64,000 bases of DNA, taken from NCBI GenBank assembly GCA_004431415.1, contig QPMI01000068.1, positions 135,786-199,785 on the forward strand. The letters are read 5' to 3'. This document shows, piece by piece, positions 1 to 11,942 of the stretch. Each line of letters opens with the position of its first letter. Within the stretch, counting starts at the first letter, position 1. The notes under the pieces were generated by a model. The model had not been told where the DNA came from. It saw only the letters and a list, made by a program, of their open reading frames with translations, and ran no database searches. The position numbers and the translations under genes were made by a program. This stretch comes from Cyanophora paradoxa CCMP329. Its lineage: Eukaryota > Plantae > Glaucophyta.

Positions 1-1409
1 ATGAGTTTTGCGAACAGCGAACCCAAAGGATCGGCTCCCTCAAAATGAAAAGCTACTACCTCTTCTCCTATTACCACTCTCAGTGACACAGCTTTAATTT
101 CGCGTTTGGTTTTGTTTGCACTCACAGATACCGAATGATCTTCTATTTTCACGTAACAGATCACAGGAAGCCATACAGTCTTTCTTAGGTGTTTTAATCC
201 GAATTCCATGTAAGTATCGGGTTTTGGACATTTTCCTTTACTTTCCCTCCAATCGATGCACCGATTAGCTTCTATGTGTAGGTCTAATTTCGCCTGAGAT
301 CGGAAACGTGATAGACAGGTTTCACAGTAATAAATGCGTCCATCACATGCTTTATCAAACGTGGTTTTAAGGAGGCGACTTAGAGACACAATAGCTACAT
401 AATGTCCTCTATTCTCCTCCGTATTTTCGATGAGTAAAAGGTTAATCTTATTCTTTCTACGTGGATTGCTCGACATATGTAACGGATAGAATGACTCCTT
501 TTCGTTATCGGCACCGTAGATATTAACCGATAAGTCCGGGTTCTGTTCTTCGAATCGATCGATAACATCAGCATCGCATGCTACCGGAAATTCGATATTA
601 TTAAAGTTCAGTTCATTAAGCCATCGGCGTTATTGAATGGGATCATAGCTTTTATGGCGGTTAATGTCCTTTCGATGTAGACGAGCCAAAATAGCATATT
701 TAAAACAATCTTGTCCGTCGATATTCTTAACGTTAACGGTAGCTTTCTTTCTTGCGATCCATTCGGGAGTAGCGAAATAGCAACCACCCACCGGTGCGTA
801 AGACATGATAACTACCCTAAGGATCTCTAAGCGATCCAAACGATAACTATCTACTTGTTTCATTTGCTCTTGCATTTCTTGTAGAGCTTTACGCAATTCC
901 GTATTTATATTACGGGATCGTGTGATAACAAAGTAGTCACTGTAAATGTATTTAGTAATAAAAATGCGTTCATTACTTACTTTTACGAACCGACAAACGA
1001 ATGTAAGACGGACTTTAACGGCTCTTAATTGTTCTAACTTCGTTCTAATTCGCTGTGGAAGGTTAGTAGCGATGCGTTCCAAATAATCGATAGTATCGAC
1101 AACTATTTGATTTCTTGCGCGGTAAGAATGCCACGAGTAAGCCTGATTCATTGCCTCTCCATCTTCTACTTCGGGTTCAATCGCTCCTAAGCGTTGTCCT
1201 TCGTCCATAAAGTCTTCCATTCGTTGCATACGATCGTAGAGATCATTGGCGATATCGGTGAGTTGTTGTAGTCGCGGCTTCCGATCTAAAATGGCGGCTT
1301 CTCTATCAAATTCCGCTTCGGTGATTTCACCGGTGGTTAAAAGGGTTCCCAACAGTCCGATAATCTCATTTTTCTTTTCTTTAATAAGTCTATTAGTTTG
1401 GCGGGGCAT
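1..1409 (-). pseudogene. pPolB: Polinton-type protein-primed DNA polymerase B, N-terminal part (TP/vOTU-like region, C2H2-like finger, start of exonuclease), interrupted by in-frame TAA at 630-632; runs off window edge
   Basis: GGCYFATPEWIARKKATVNVKNIDGQDCFKYAILARLH is typical of Polinton pPolB N-termini. Manual translation past the stop stays open to position 1: RRWLNELNFNNIEFPV..RFEEQNPDLSVNIYG..INLLLI..GHYVAIVSLSRLL..YYCETCLSRF..LDLH..LPVICYVKIED. Confidence 0.8.
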
Positions 1410-1427
1410 CTTTGCTTTATAGGAACA

Positions 1428-1691
1428 TTATTTTTTCGGAAATGAAACGCGTTCAGGATCATAAACAGTAACTCCACGAATCCGCACTTTAACGCCCTCA
1501 GGAAGTATAAGGTTAAGTTGGACGTTATTCGCTTTGATAACATGAGTGCGGCGTTTCTTTGTTTCCAATAACGGATTATAACCGAATATCCTTTTCAAAT
1601 ATTCCGCTGTTGCTTCCATGGTAATTTCTTGTTTTATGTTTTGGTCTAATTCTTCATCGGTCATTTCGAAAGCAAACTTACGGGTAGCCAT
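1428..1691 (-). CDS. Small hypothetical viral protein (87 aa from ATG at 1691)
   Basis: ORF packed co-directionally 18 bp upstream of pPolB; AAAATTGA motif 46 nt upstream of the ATG. Confidence 0.55.
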   Translation of the reverse strand: MATRKFAFEMTDEELDQNIKQEITMEATAEYLKRIFGYNPLLETKKRRTHVIKANNVQLNLILPEGVKVRIRGVTVYDPERVSFPKK

Positions 1692-1839
1692 TGATAACTT
1701 CGTATAGTCAAACAAAGAAATGCTTAAATATCTTGATCAATTTTTACAGATTATAGTAATAAAACACTACAAATAATATTAATAAGGATATTCACACTGA
1801 GATTTTATGTTTATAAAGGGGTCTTACTGAGAATGGTAT

Positions 1840-1973
1840 GTGTAACAGGTGTAACGGGTTCATCCCAAACTTTCCCCTAGGAGGAGGTCGGCGGCTTGGA
1901 ACTTTGGGGAGAACCTGTTACACCTGTTACACCTGTTACACGAGACTGAAAACCAAAAACTCCACCTGTTACA
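1840..1973. promoter_or_regulatory. Putative replication origin: inverted 9-bp iterons (GTGTAACAG / CCTGTTACA) around an imperfect hairpin core
   Basis: Two TGTAAC-type repeats, a CCCAAA...TTTGGG core, then three tandem plus one spaced CCTGTTACA. Lies just downstream of the primase-helicase stop codon. 1840-1932 is the exact reverse complement of 24012-24104. Confidence 0.6.
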
Positions 1974-2044
1974 TTGTTAATTCTTACCATACACAGTAAG
2001 GTTATAAAAAATAGTAAGAAAGTAATCATTCAATTCATTTATAT

Positions 2045-4384
2045 TTACGCTTCTACATCATCATCCACAAATTCGTTATGGTGAATTATGGCTTTGATTC
2101 CATAATATCCACGAATAACCGCGCCCCTTTCCCTCTTAGACTCAGACTTAACATTAAATACCTCACGCATCCGCTTACCGATGCTTGTCGGTTCCGCCTT
2201 ATCATCCACTTGTCTATATTTCTTCATGATAGAATCACTTGAAACAAAGTCGTCGCGGTTTCCTGTTCTTTCATAGGTATTTCTGATCCATTCACCGATC
2301 TTATCATTTTCAGCGAAATATTCCGATCCGTAATCGATAATAGATTGGGGCGGATTTTGCATAAGATGTGCGAGGTCTTGCGTTCTAAACATGTCCAAGA
2401 ATATAGACATTTGAGCCATTTTATACTCGTCGTCATTGAGAAGATGCATTAAGGTAATATCGGCTTTCTTTTCACCTTCCTTAGGATTCGGCTTAAACAC
2501 ACTCTTGAATGTGCAATAGATGAGCCGACGTAATATAGCTTCGTCAGCTTTGCTGAGAGAAAGGTTATCATTGGTGGACAGGAAGATTTGACACATCGGA
2601 ATAAAGGCGACAGGATCCTTAAAGAGAGCGCGAACCTTCATTTCGTTTCCACCTGTGATTTCCTTAATCTTACTGATTTGCAACTTATCGCCATCTTCCG
2701 CTTCGTTACTGAATACAATTCGCTTCCCAAGAATTGCGGCAAGATCGGGCGTAGCATCTGATGAATTCTTTTTAGGCTTTGTCCAATAGCTCATGCTGAT
2801 CGAGCCGTAGTAATCGCCGAATGTTTTCTTAGCCATTTCTTGCAGTAGCGACTTACCATTAGCACCTTTTCCTGACCAGAAATTGAATTTTTGGATATCA
2901 GTCCGACCTGTGAGAGCGAAAGCAAGCGCTCCGATAATATAGTTAAGCTCATCGGGATCTTCGATAATATCAGCGTAGATGGACTGAATCTTAGCGATTT
3001 TCTGACGGTCGGCAGCCATGAATTCATAGCCTACGGTCTTGCTAACCATATCATCGGGTTTTCCCTTACGGAAGGTCATAGTGTTAAGATCGAAAACACC
3101 ATTCGTGAAACCGATAATGTTAGGCACTGTATCCAATCTTTCGAAAAAGGTCGGATAACTAAACATAACGGTTAAGTCTGTCATAAGGGAAGTGCGGTAA
3201 GCAGTCTGTTTAAGATTCTTTGCAATATTGAGAGCCAGTTTAGACTTTTCATCTAAGGATTCGCGGTTTTCTTCGTCTCTCATGGCTTTAAATCCAAGCT
3301 CATAGGAACGGTTCATGAATGCCGCGCAAACCTTGCAGCTCATAGCGAGATAAATTCGCTTTGAGGTTTCGTCAGTCTCCCAAATACCGTAGTTAGTGTC
3401 AAATTCGAACCATGTCTTATTTGAGTAGCGATAATCATCTTTCAGGACTTCATAAGCTACTTTTGCGACATCGTAATGAGCGCCATTAGATCCAATCGCC
3501 AGATCAATAAGAGCGGAAAGCTTAACATATTGTTCTGTTTTGGTTACGATGTTAATAAATAGTTTTTTGCATCGGGAACTGTAATTAGAAACCACGAATT
3601 TGTCCTTATCGTTTCCCTGTGCTTTCATCACATACCAATTGTTCTTATCATGTGAATTATTGCAACAGGGGCATATTCCGCCTTTGTTCTGAGCAGTAAA
3701 GTTATAGCCATTTTCGGTTTGACTGATGATAGAAGGGAAATCAAAGCCAATCTCAATAAGTTTCTCATTGAGAGTGGTTAAGAATTCATTGCCTGTAATC
3801 TTTGCTTTGTCGATGTTAATAACAACATTGTGTTTATAGTTTTCGATCATCCAATTTTGGAAAGCCTCCGATGGCTCGATAAGCTCACATCCCGTAGCCC
3901 ATGGCTCACGAATCCATGTTTTACCGGGAGAGGGGCAAACATTGATAACACCAGCGGTTCCGGTAGAGCAAATCGTTTTAAAATCGATCTTCTCGTAGCC
4001 TTTGAAAGCTCCGGTTTTGTCGAATAGTTTCAGCTCATCGAACTTAGGAGGGCGTGCAAAGAACACATGGTAACCCTTCTTAGTCTTTTCAATTGGAATA
4101 GCAGCGGTGAAATCATCAGGAAAGAGTTCTTTGAACTTGTTAAAGTCTTCTTCCTGATCGAAATCGACACAGAGGATGTTTTTAGCGAGGATACCCCACG
4201 CTACATACTTGTTTGACTTAACCGCTTCTTCGTATCTCTTCCAATTCCATTTATCGTCCTTATGACCGAAAGCGGGAAGCTTTTCGACAGGATCGACGGG
4301 AATGAGAAGGTTTTTCGCCAGCTCATCGTTAGAGCGGAGCCAATTAGTGAGTTTCGTAAGCAGGGTTTTACTTTTGCTGTCCAT
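2045..4384 (-). CDS. Primase-helicase: N-terminal Prim-Pol domain, Zn-binding-like CPCC..H linker, D5_N region and SF3 (D5-like) helicase
   Basis: WGIL..LCVDFD and KTKKGYHVFF (Prim-Pol motifs); IGFTNGVFDL..FR (D5_N); Walker A GKGANGKS, Walker B IVFSNE, sensor-1 LSTN, arginine finger AILRR; 779 aa intact. Confidence 0.92.
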   Translation of the reverse strand: MDSKSKTLLTKLTNWLRSNDELAKNLLIPVDPVEKLPAFGHKDDKWNWKRYEEAVKSNKYVAWGILAKNILCVDFDQEEDFNKFKELFPDDFTAAIPIEKTKKGYHVFFARPPKFDELKLFDKTGAFKGYEKIDFKTICSTGTAGVINVCPSPGKTWIREPWATGCELIEPSEAFQNWMIENYKHNVVINIDKAKITGNEFLTTLNEKLIEIGFDFPSIISQTENGYNFTAQNKGGICPCCNNSHDKNNWYVMKAQGNDKDKFVVSNYSSRCKKLFINIVTKTEQYVKLSALIDLAIGSNGAHYDVAKVAYEVLKDDYRYSNKTWFEFDTNYGIWETDETSKRIYLAMSCKVCAAFMNRSYELGFKAMRDEENRESLDEKSKLALNIAKNLKQTAYRTSLMTDLTVMFSYPTFFERLDTVPNIIGFTNGVFDLNTMTFRKGKPDDMVSKTVGYEFMAADRQKIAKIQSIYADIIEDPDELNYIIGALAFALTGRTDIQKFNFWSGKGANGKSLLQEMAKKTFGDYYGSISMSYWTKPKKNSSDATPDLAAILGKRIVFSNEAEDGDKLQISKIKEITGGNEMKVRALFKDPVAFIPMCQIFLSTNDNLSLSKADEAILRRLIYCTFKSVFKPNPKEGEKKADITLMHLLNDDEYKMAQMSIFLDMFRTQDLAHLMQNPPQSIIDYGSEYFAENDKIGEWIRNTYERTGNRDDFVSSDSIMKKYRQVDDKAEPTSIGKRMREVFNVKSESKRERGAVIRGYYGIKAIIHHNEFVDDDVEA

Positions 4385-4573
4385 CGTTGCGCGTTCTACT
4401 TTAACGAAAGATAAAAATTTTTCTTGTTGATCATTTTTTGGCGCCTTGTCTTTAAATGCCCTACACTTTTTTTCTCGATGCTAAAAATCCGGATATTGTA
4501 ACGCGATTACCGATTATCGTCGGTAAGCCGCTCGAAAAATAAGTAATGATGTTTCAGCGGCAATAGCGGCATT

Positions 4574-4849
4574 TCAGTATTTGGGGGGACGTCCACGCTT
4601 TGCACTATGGATACCTTCCAATTCTTTGCGACGGTAATAGTTCTCCAAAGCTTGCTTTTTTTTGAATTCGCGGTATTCGGGGTCTTCCTCATACCTCTTT
4701 CGCATTTTCAGCACTTCACGGATCCGATAATTTAACCCATCCGCACTCTTAGGATTAAGTTTAACCTTTGGTGGTGAGTTAACAATTTCATCGCTGTCAC
4801 TTTCAAATTCGAATTCAATAACGCTAACATCATCGGCGATAGCAGCCAT
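4574..4849 (-). CDS. Small basic DNA-binding protein with C-terminal AT-hook
   Basis: MRKRYEEDPEYREFKKKQALENYYRRK basic helix and terminal KRGRPPK AT-hook; probable ATG at 4849. Confidence 0.6.
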   Translation of the reverse strand: MAAIADDVSVIEFEFESDSDEIVNSPPKVKLNPKSADGLNYRIREVLKMRKRYEEDPEYREFKKKQALENYYRRKELEGIHSAKRGRPPKY

Positions 4850-5051
4850 TCTTACTTTCAGCACAGAAAATATTTTATCAGTTTGTAATATCGCTGTTTC
4901 TTTAAATACTTTTAGGGTTGTCATTTTTTGGCGACCGGACAAGCTCTTGTCTACGTTTTTCTATCGCAGATGCAACGGCGTAAATCTGACGTTTCGCTAA
5001 AATAATATTATAGACTTCTTCGAGCATTTTCCGATACTTATTACAAATATT

Positions 5052-5300
5052 TTAATTACCGCGATGTTCAAACGCTTGTCTTCGTAAATCATCACTTTGA
5101 TCGACAGAAAACCGGCGACCATTTGTAGCGGGTTCTGAATGTGTGGAATCTACCGAATGTCTCCGGGACTCTCTACCTTCCGTTACATTATCTTCGGTAT
5201 CTGAAAAACCAAGTTCTACGGTTGTATCACAGCATCCGCTGTGACAATTGCTTACAATGTGCAGGTTAAACATCTCTATGATCTTTTGGAGAAAGTCCAT
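5052..5300 (-). CDS. Hypothetical 82-aa protein (copy 1; Cys-rich SNCHSGCC motif)
   Basis: ORF with AT-rich leader; identical copy at 17531-17779. Confidence 0.55.
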   Translation of the reverse strand: MDFLQKIIEMFNLHIVSNCHSGCCDTTVELGFSDTEDNVTEGRESRRHSVDSTHSEPATNGRRFSVDQSDDLRRQAFEHRGN

Positions 5301-5327
5301 CGAGAATCCTTTATTAATCAGATATAT

Positions 5328-6058
5328 TTAAAGCCAAACTCTCCGCTTGTATACTGTTGGTGCTACGGCTTTCTCTACTTCCGCTTTGGTAGCGCCAGGC
5401 TCTATGGTTCCCTTCTTTTGGTATTCATTTCATCCACCGCTTGCTCATCTATTTGTGTCTCTTTCTTCCGAATAAATTGAGTATCAGGAAGTCCCGTAAT
5501 ACCCATTCGGAAAACCTCTTTACGTAACATCTCCTTCATTTTAGCGCGTTCTTTCTTCTCCATTACATACTGTTCCAGCGCACTCGACTTAGCTTCGAGA
5601 TCACGTAGTTTAGCGGTCATTGTGTCCCATTCAGCCTTTGGCATTCGGTGGACGTTTTGAGTCGGAGCGACTTTATAAGTTACTTCTCCCGCCATCGATT
5701 GTATAACCTTGTCTGATTCTTTCGAAACACCTTGACCTTTGCAGGCAAGTGCAAGATCTTGTAGACCAAGACCGCGATCATCGGCGGCACCGATAATACG
5801 ACGCGCACCCTCACCGACCGCCTTCATCTTCGATGCATCCGGTGATACATTGAGTGTTTCACTTGTCGATGCTTGCGGTGCTTTGTCCGCCGGCGATTCT
5901 TCATAAGCAGCATTTAAAGGATCTTCTTCGGGTTGCGATGGTTTCACTTGATTAACTCCGTCAAATTTCATAGGTGTAGTATTAAGTGATCCGTAACTTT
6001 CACCACCGGAATATGAAATAGCCCCAGCGGGGACACCTACTTTACGTTTTGGCGGCAT
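5328..6058 (-). CDS. Hypothetical 243-aa protein, copy 1 (1-nt T-run deletion near 5415)
   Basis: Matches intact copy 17807-18538; starts MPPKRKV (NLS-like). Confidence 0.65.
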
Positions 6059-6086
6059 TGTATCTTTAACTATATGGAAGATATTT

Positions 6087-6868
6087 TTAAAGTCCTCTCT
6101 TATATCGCATCAATTTATTCGAATGAACAGCGCTTTTAATCTCTTTTGGCGCTTCCTCCTTCTCGGGCGGTTTTAATTCGTCTTCTTTCTTTTTAGGTTT
6201 GCGATGGAACCGTGGGAATCCAAAGTTTTTAACGAGATCCGCTTTATCTACATAATACTTTACCGAATAATCAGCGGATGACCAAATGAGAAACTGATAT
6301 GAATGAACGTATTCCTCAAACATCTTATAAAAAGCGTCTTTATCACGCATTATATTGTATTCTTCCTCAATTGCTTCAAGTTCTTTTCGATTAGCGGCGC
6401 TAAGAAACATTGCATAATCCGAATTAACGCGAATAGTGGAAGAAACCTTACGCAGTTTCTGAGTTATGCAGATGCAGGACACCATACTATGGCGTCCACG
6501 CGAATATACAGAGCCAATTATTTTATCACGGGTTAGGTCTACTAACTCATTATCTATCAAATCATCCAGGATAATACACAATTGGTTAACGGGTTCCCCT
6601 TTCTCTATTTTCTCTTGTCTTTCATCGAGAAGTTTAGCGATGTAAGGCGCATCCCATTTACCGAGCTGTAATGTAGCGACATTATCCCAGAAATGATTAA
6701 AGCTAGTTCCACTTATAACTAAACTACATCTAACTTTTTAGCATCGTGTAACTGTTTTAACCAATACTTTACCGCTTCCGACTTACCAGTAGCCGATTTT
6801 CCGATTGCAAGGACGCGAAAAGGTGGTTTTATCATTTCAGCGGCATTAAACTCTTCTAAATCCGCCAT
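6087..6868 (-). CDS. A32-like packaging ATPase, copy 1 (1-nt A-run deletion near 6720)
   Basis: Split into track ORFs 6719-6940 and 6087-6581; otherwise matches the intact copy. Confidence 0.85.
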
Positions 6869-6950
6869 GGTGTTGTAGATCTTCTTAATAAAGATAGATA
6901 AAAATAACGAAATATGACTAAATAATGGTAACAAACACATACACTGTTTA

Positions 6951-8346
6951 TTAGAGATTGACTCGCCTTAATCCGTCGCGGTCCGCTATGAGCATCGTGT
7001 GCATGAGAGCGCGCACGTTAACAGTAAGGCGCATGTTTTGTGGACGTAGAGGGTTAGGAAACTTGATGAGGAGTTAGTTAGATCGACATAACCACTTTGG
7101 GCGATGTTACGAATCGCCTTCTCTCCGTCCAGACAGAAAGGCAGACCGGACAGGACATAGCGGTTAGCTTCCTTGTCCATGTTAGAACACTTGAATGCAT
7201 CGGCGATGAGTTCCGCACCTTTGAGGAGTGGGATAGGCTCCGTGGAATAAAGACGCTGTCCGTTAATCTCCACCGTGTATGTGATATCCTTCGAGTCCGC
7301 ATATGTTTTAAGGACACTGTGGGAGCCGCTGTTATCCTGACCAGTTTTAAGGTAATCACGAACCGAGAATAGAAGAGCGAAAGCAAGCCCCGACATTTGG
7401 CTAATGTTAATACGGTTAGGTTGGTTATTGCCGTTGGCGGCAACATCGAAAGCATCGACGTAGCCGATGTCGATAGCCGGAATCGCAATACCAGTAGTCT
7501 TAACCTTTTCAATGACCGTAGCAAACAGCTCATCGGAAACATTGACGGCATGCATGTAAAGGCGTGGGTTGGTGATCATAATAGTATCCACAGGTGCAGA
7601 TGATGGAATGGACAGACCGGTAATGGTTCCAGTTGTGATGTTTTGACCAACATTGGCAAGAGTTACACCGGTGGCGCTTCCGAGACCATCATTAGCGGTT
7701 TGATCGGCAGCAGCTCCGACAACCGGAAGAGCGCGACCACCATAAGAAGTCTCAATGAATCCACCCTTAGCGGGGTCACGGAACCATGCGGTAACTACCA
7801 TTTCCCCTGAGAGCGCGCCAAGGGGTAGATAGCTATTTAACCACGGCACCGGGATTTCCACAAAGAATGATCCACCAAGTCGGTTAGTTCCGTGTTGTGG
7901 GATGCCGTGTAGGAAGCCAGCCGAACGTTTCTTTTTCGCTAGCTGATCCTCCGAATAGTAAACCAGAGGGAAGTGAGCGAGGAAATCAGAAGGCACAGTG
8001 AAAAGGTAAGAGCCATACGAGATTTCGAGACGCTCTACGAGAGCGCCGACGGGGCGGACATAACCATTACGAACCAAATCGGTATCACCGATGAAACCCG
8101 CAATTTCGCTAAGATCAAAAGCGAGTTCCAGCTTACCGATAAAGTTGTAACGTGGGAGTTTGAAACTTACTCGTTGCGCAGCGTTGTTAGGGAAGGTTGT
8201 CGATGGGCTAACAGTAACGAGAACGGGTTTAGTCTTCGATTCCAGACCAAGCATAAGCGAGTTATCGAGGAAGAACGCCTTCGCCTCTTCGGGGTGGTTA
8301 GCGCCTCTTTGAGGGAAAGACGTTGGAGGGTTGTTGTGACGTCCAT
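6951..8346 (-). CDS. Major capsid protein, copy 1 (two 1-nt G-run deletions near 8290 and 7040)
   Basis: Matches intact copy 19432-20829 except for two homopolymer deletions. Confidence 0.8.
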
Positions 8347-8397
8347 GTTTTCTCTTTTACAATAATAAAATATAAAAATTCTGTGAATGATCCTTAA

Positions 8398-9408
8398 TTA
8401 TCCAAAATTGCAAATCACCGGATAATTTGGGTGAGTTTCTCTCATTCTCATTTTGAAATACTCATAAATAGGATCACCGGCGGGTTCTTCACCATATCGG
8501 ATCTCGAAAGTTAAATGGACAGGTTGCCCCTCGAAATCAATTAATTCGTTTTGAGCATTCACAATTTCTACGGACATTTGAGAGATTGCGAATGGTTTCC
8601 CGTAATACTTGTATAACGGGTTTGCTTCTGTTGAATTATAAACAACGTGTTCCGCAAAGTCTTTATCTTGCACCACGAGTTTATGGAAGTATCCAGATAG
8701 GAGACCATCGGCACATTGAACGAGGTCACCCAGTTCTTTTACTCTTACGAATAATACATTATCTTTGCAACTCTCAGTAGGGAATGTCGAGATGATACCA
8801 TGAACATTAGCACCTGTAAAGATAGGATCATATTCAGTTGAGTAAATGTTAGATTTGATAAATCGGTTACCGGCTCTTCCGGCATCGAGACCAAGCATAC
8901 GACCGTGTCGGTTTGATTTTTCAGCCATCGAACTAGAAGGATCCTTAGCAGTTGTGAATGCTATGTAAAATTCATGAGGAGCATAGAATATTACGTGTTT
9001 CTCTACGGTATCCCATTTACACCTTATTTGAGGATCAGGTGTTAAACCAGCAAACCGAGTATTAATACGGTTTACTAATTCCTGATGCGTATTAATTACT
9101 AAGCTTCCGCTACTTTGACCGGGACGAATTGAGCGCCAAACATCAAAACCGGGAGCGGGAGCATTGGTAGAGTTGATCGCTGAATTAGCGATACTAAAAT
9201 TAATAGTGAAAGAATCAGTAACTGTGACATCTCCGGGGACACTTTCATCGCTGATAAGAGGAATGGAGTTATAGAATTCCGCCGAAACAAGTCGGACAGC
9301 TCTTACATTCTCATACATCTTTGGTAATTCAGCGATAAACTTAGACGTCGGCGCATCGAGATTAGGAGCCTGTCTAAATGATGAAACTTCGACATATTCG
9401 ACCGGCAT
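8398..9408 (-). CDS. Minor capsid (penton)-like protein A, copy 1
   Basis: N-terminal VEVSS..FIAELPKMYENVRAVRLVSAEFYNS and C-terminal ISQMSVEIVNAQNELIDFEGQPVHLTFEI resemble single-jelly-roll minor capsid proteins; adjacent to MCP. Confidence 0.75.
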   Translation of the reverse strand: MPVEYVEVSSFRQAPNLDAPTSKFIAELPKMYENVRAVRLVSAEFYNSIPLISDESVPGDVTVTDSFTINFSIANSAINSTNAPAPGFDVWRSIRPGQSSGSLVINTHQELVNRINTRFAGLTPDPQIRCKWDTVEKHVIFYAPHEFYIAFTTAKDPSSSMAEKSNRHGRMLGLDAGRAGNRFIKSNIYSTEYDPIFTGANVHGIISTFPTESCKDNVLFVRVKELGDLVQCADGLLSGYFHKLVVQDKDFAEHVVYNSTEANPLYKYYGKPFAISQMSVEIVNAQNELIDFEGQPVHLTFEIRYGEEPAGDPIYEYFKMRMRETHPNYPVICNFG

Positions 9409-9437
9409 GTTTCTTTAATCTATATTCATATAATAAA

Positions 9438-10079
9438 ATGATTCGTCTTATCAATGTCGATAGTAGAGATCGACAACAAGGACAAAAAGAAAACTCTTAT
9501 AGGGTTGCACTCACAAGACCAATAACCAAACCACGGCAATGTCGCGTTTTGTATGCTGAGATTCCGAACAGTATATATAATTCAATAGGAACCGATTATA
9601 TAACGATTCGTTATAATATCGATGGTGTTTATATAAATCAGCAACTGTTTCCATTACCGAGTGGTTACATAAATCAAGGACACTTTGGCGTGACACAACC
9701 ATATAATTATGGTTTGAACTTTGCGGTTACTGAGAATATATTATTTAAGATCTACTACAATCCGACGACATACAAATTAGAGTTTTATAGTAATTTCGCT
9801 TTTGAACTCATCGCCGGAAATAATAGGATAGCTAAGTTATTGGGTCTCAGTGCAACAACATTATTAGGTAGCGCAGGACAGATAATAGATAATAATAGGT
9901 CTTTTAGGGTTGTCATTTTTTGGCGACCGGACAAGCTCTTGTCTACGTTTTTCTATCGCAGATGCAACGGCGTAAATCTGACGTTTCGCTTAAATAATAT
10001 TATAGACTTCTTCGAGCATTTTCCGATACTTATTACAAATATTTTAATTACCGCGATGTTCAAACGCTTGTCTTCGTAA
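9438..10079 (+). pseudogene. Truncated/chimeric minor capsid-like protein B (N-terminal ~155 aa fused to out-of-context sequence at the duplication junction)
   Basis: Identical to 14430-15341 up to IIDNNRS, then diverges exactly at junction 9901-9904. Confidence 0.85.
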
Positions 10080-10291
10080 ATCATCACTTTGATCGACAGA
10101 AAACCGGCGACCATTTGTAGCGGGTTCTGAATGTGTGGAATCTACCGAATGTCTCCGGACTCTCTACCTTCCGTTACATTATCTTCGGTATCTGAAAAAC
10201 CAAGTTCTACGGTTGTATCACAGCATCCGCTGTGACAATTGCTTACAATGTGCAGGTTAAACATCTCTATGATCTTTTGGAGAAAGTCCAT
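10044..10291 (-). CDS. Hypothetical 82-aa protein, copy 2 (1-nt G-run deletion near 10155)
   Basis: Sequence copy of 5052-5300. Confidence 0.5.
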
Positions 10292-10318
10292 CGAGAATCC
10301 TTTATTAATCAGATATAT

Positions 10319-11049
10319 TTAAAGCCAAACTCTCCGCTTGTATACTGTTGGTGCTACGGCTTTCTCTACTTCCGCTTTGGTAGCGCCAGGCTCTATGGTT
10401 CCCTTCTTTTTGGTATTCATTTCATCCACCGCTTGCTCATCTATTTGTGTCTCTTTCTTCCGAATAAATTGAGTATCAGGAAGTCCCGTAATACCCATTC
10501 GGAAAACCTCTTTACGTAACATCTCCTTCATTTTAGCGCGTTCTTTCTTCTCCATTACATACTGTTCCAGCGCACTCGACTTAGCTTCGAGATCACGTAG
10601 TTTAGCGGTCATTGTGTCCCATTCAGCCTTTGGCATTCGGTGGACGTTTTGAGTCGGAGCGACTTTATAAGTTACTTCTCCCGCCATCGATTGTATAACC
10701 TTGTCTGATTCTTTCGAAACACCTTGACCTTTGCAGGCAAGTGCAAGATCTTGTAGACCAAGACCGCGATCATCGGCGGCACCGATAATACGACGCGCAC
10801 CCTCACCGACCGCCTTCATCTTCGATGCATCCGGTGATACATTGAGTGTTTCACTTGTCGATGCTTGCGGTGCTTTGTCCGCCGGCGATTCTTCATAAGC
10901 AGCATTTAAAGGATCTTCTTCGGGTTGCGATGGTTTCACTTGATTAACTCCGTCAAATTTCATAGGTGTAGTATTAAGTGATCCGTAACTTTCACCACCG
11001 GAATATGAAATAGCCCCAGCGGGACACCTACTTTACGTTTTGGCGGCAT
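10319..11049 (-). CDS. Hypothetical 243-aa protein, copy 2 (1-nt G-run deletion near 11020)
   Basis: Copy of 17807-18538. Confidence 0.65.
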
Positions 11050-11077
11050 TGTATCTTTAACTATATGGAAGATATTT

Positions 11078-11860
11078 TTAAAGTCCTCTCTTATATCGCA
11101 TCAATTTATTCGAATGAACAGCGCTTTTAATCTCTTTTGGCGCTTCCTCCTTCTCGGGCGGTTTTAATTCGTCTTCTTTCTTTTTAGGTTTGCGATGGAA
11201 CCGTGGGAATCCAAAGTTTTTAACGAGATCCGCTTTATCTACATAATACTTTACCGAATAATCAGCGGATGACCAAATGAGAAACTGATATGAATGAACG
11301 TATTCCTCAAACATCTTATAAAAAGCGTCTTTATCACGCATTATATTGTATTCTTCCTCAATTGCTTCAAGTTCTTTTCGATTAGCGGCGCTAAGAAACA
11401 TTGCATAATCCGAATTAACGCGAATAGTGGAAGAAACCTTACGCAGTTTCTGAGTTATGCAGATGCAGGACACCATACTATGGCGTCCACGCGAATATAC
11501 AGAGCCAATTATTTTATCACGGGTTAGGTCTACTAACTCATTATCTATCAAATCATCCAGGATAATACACAATTGGTTAACGGGTTCCCCTTTCTCTATT
11601 TTCTCTTGTCTTTCATCGAGAAGTTTAGCGATGTAAGGCGCATCCCATTTACCGAGCTGTAATGTAGCGACATTATCCCAGAAATGATTAAAGCTAGTTC
11701 CACTTATAACTAAAACTACATCTAACCTTTTAGCATCGTGTAACTGTTTTAACCAATACTTTACCGCTTCCGACTTACCAGTAGCCGATTTTCCGATTGC
11801 AAGGACGCGAAAAGGTGGTTTTATCATTTCAGCGGCATTAAACTCTTCTAAATCCGCCAT
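11078..11860 (-). CDS. A32-like packaging ATPase, copy 2 (intact)
   Basis: PPFRVLAIGKSATGKS Walker A, CIILDD Walker B, SRGRH...ITQ motif, IRVNSDY; likely ATG at 11860. Confidence 0.92.
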   Translation of the reverse strand: MADLEEFNAAEMIKPPFRVLAIGKSATGKSEAVKYWLKQLHDAKRLDVVLVISGTSFNHFWDNVATLQLGKWDAPYIAKLLDERQEKIEKGEPVNQLCIILDDLIDNELVDLTRDKIIGSVYSRGRHSMVSCICITQKLRKVSSTIRVNSDYAMFLSAANRKELEAIEEEYNIMRDKDAFYKMFEEYVHSYQFLIWSSADYSVKYYVDKADLVKNFGFPRFHRKPKKKEDELKPPEKEEAPKEIKSAVHSNKLMRYKRGL

Positions 11861-11942
11861 GGTGTTGTAGATCTTCTTAATAAAGATAGATAAAAATAAC
11901 GAAATATGACTAAATAATGGTAACAAACACATACACTGTTTA

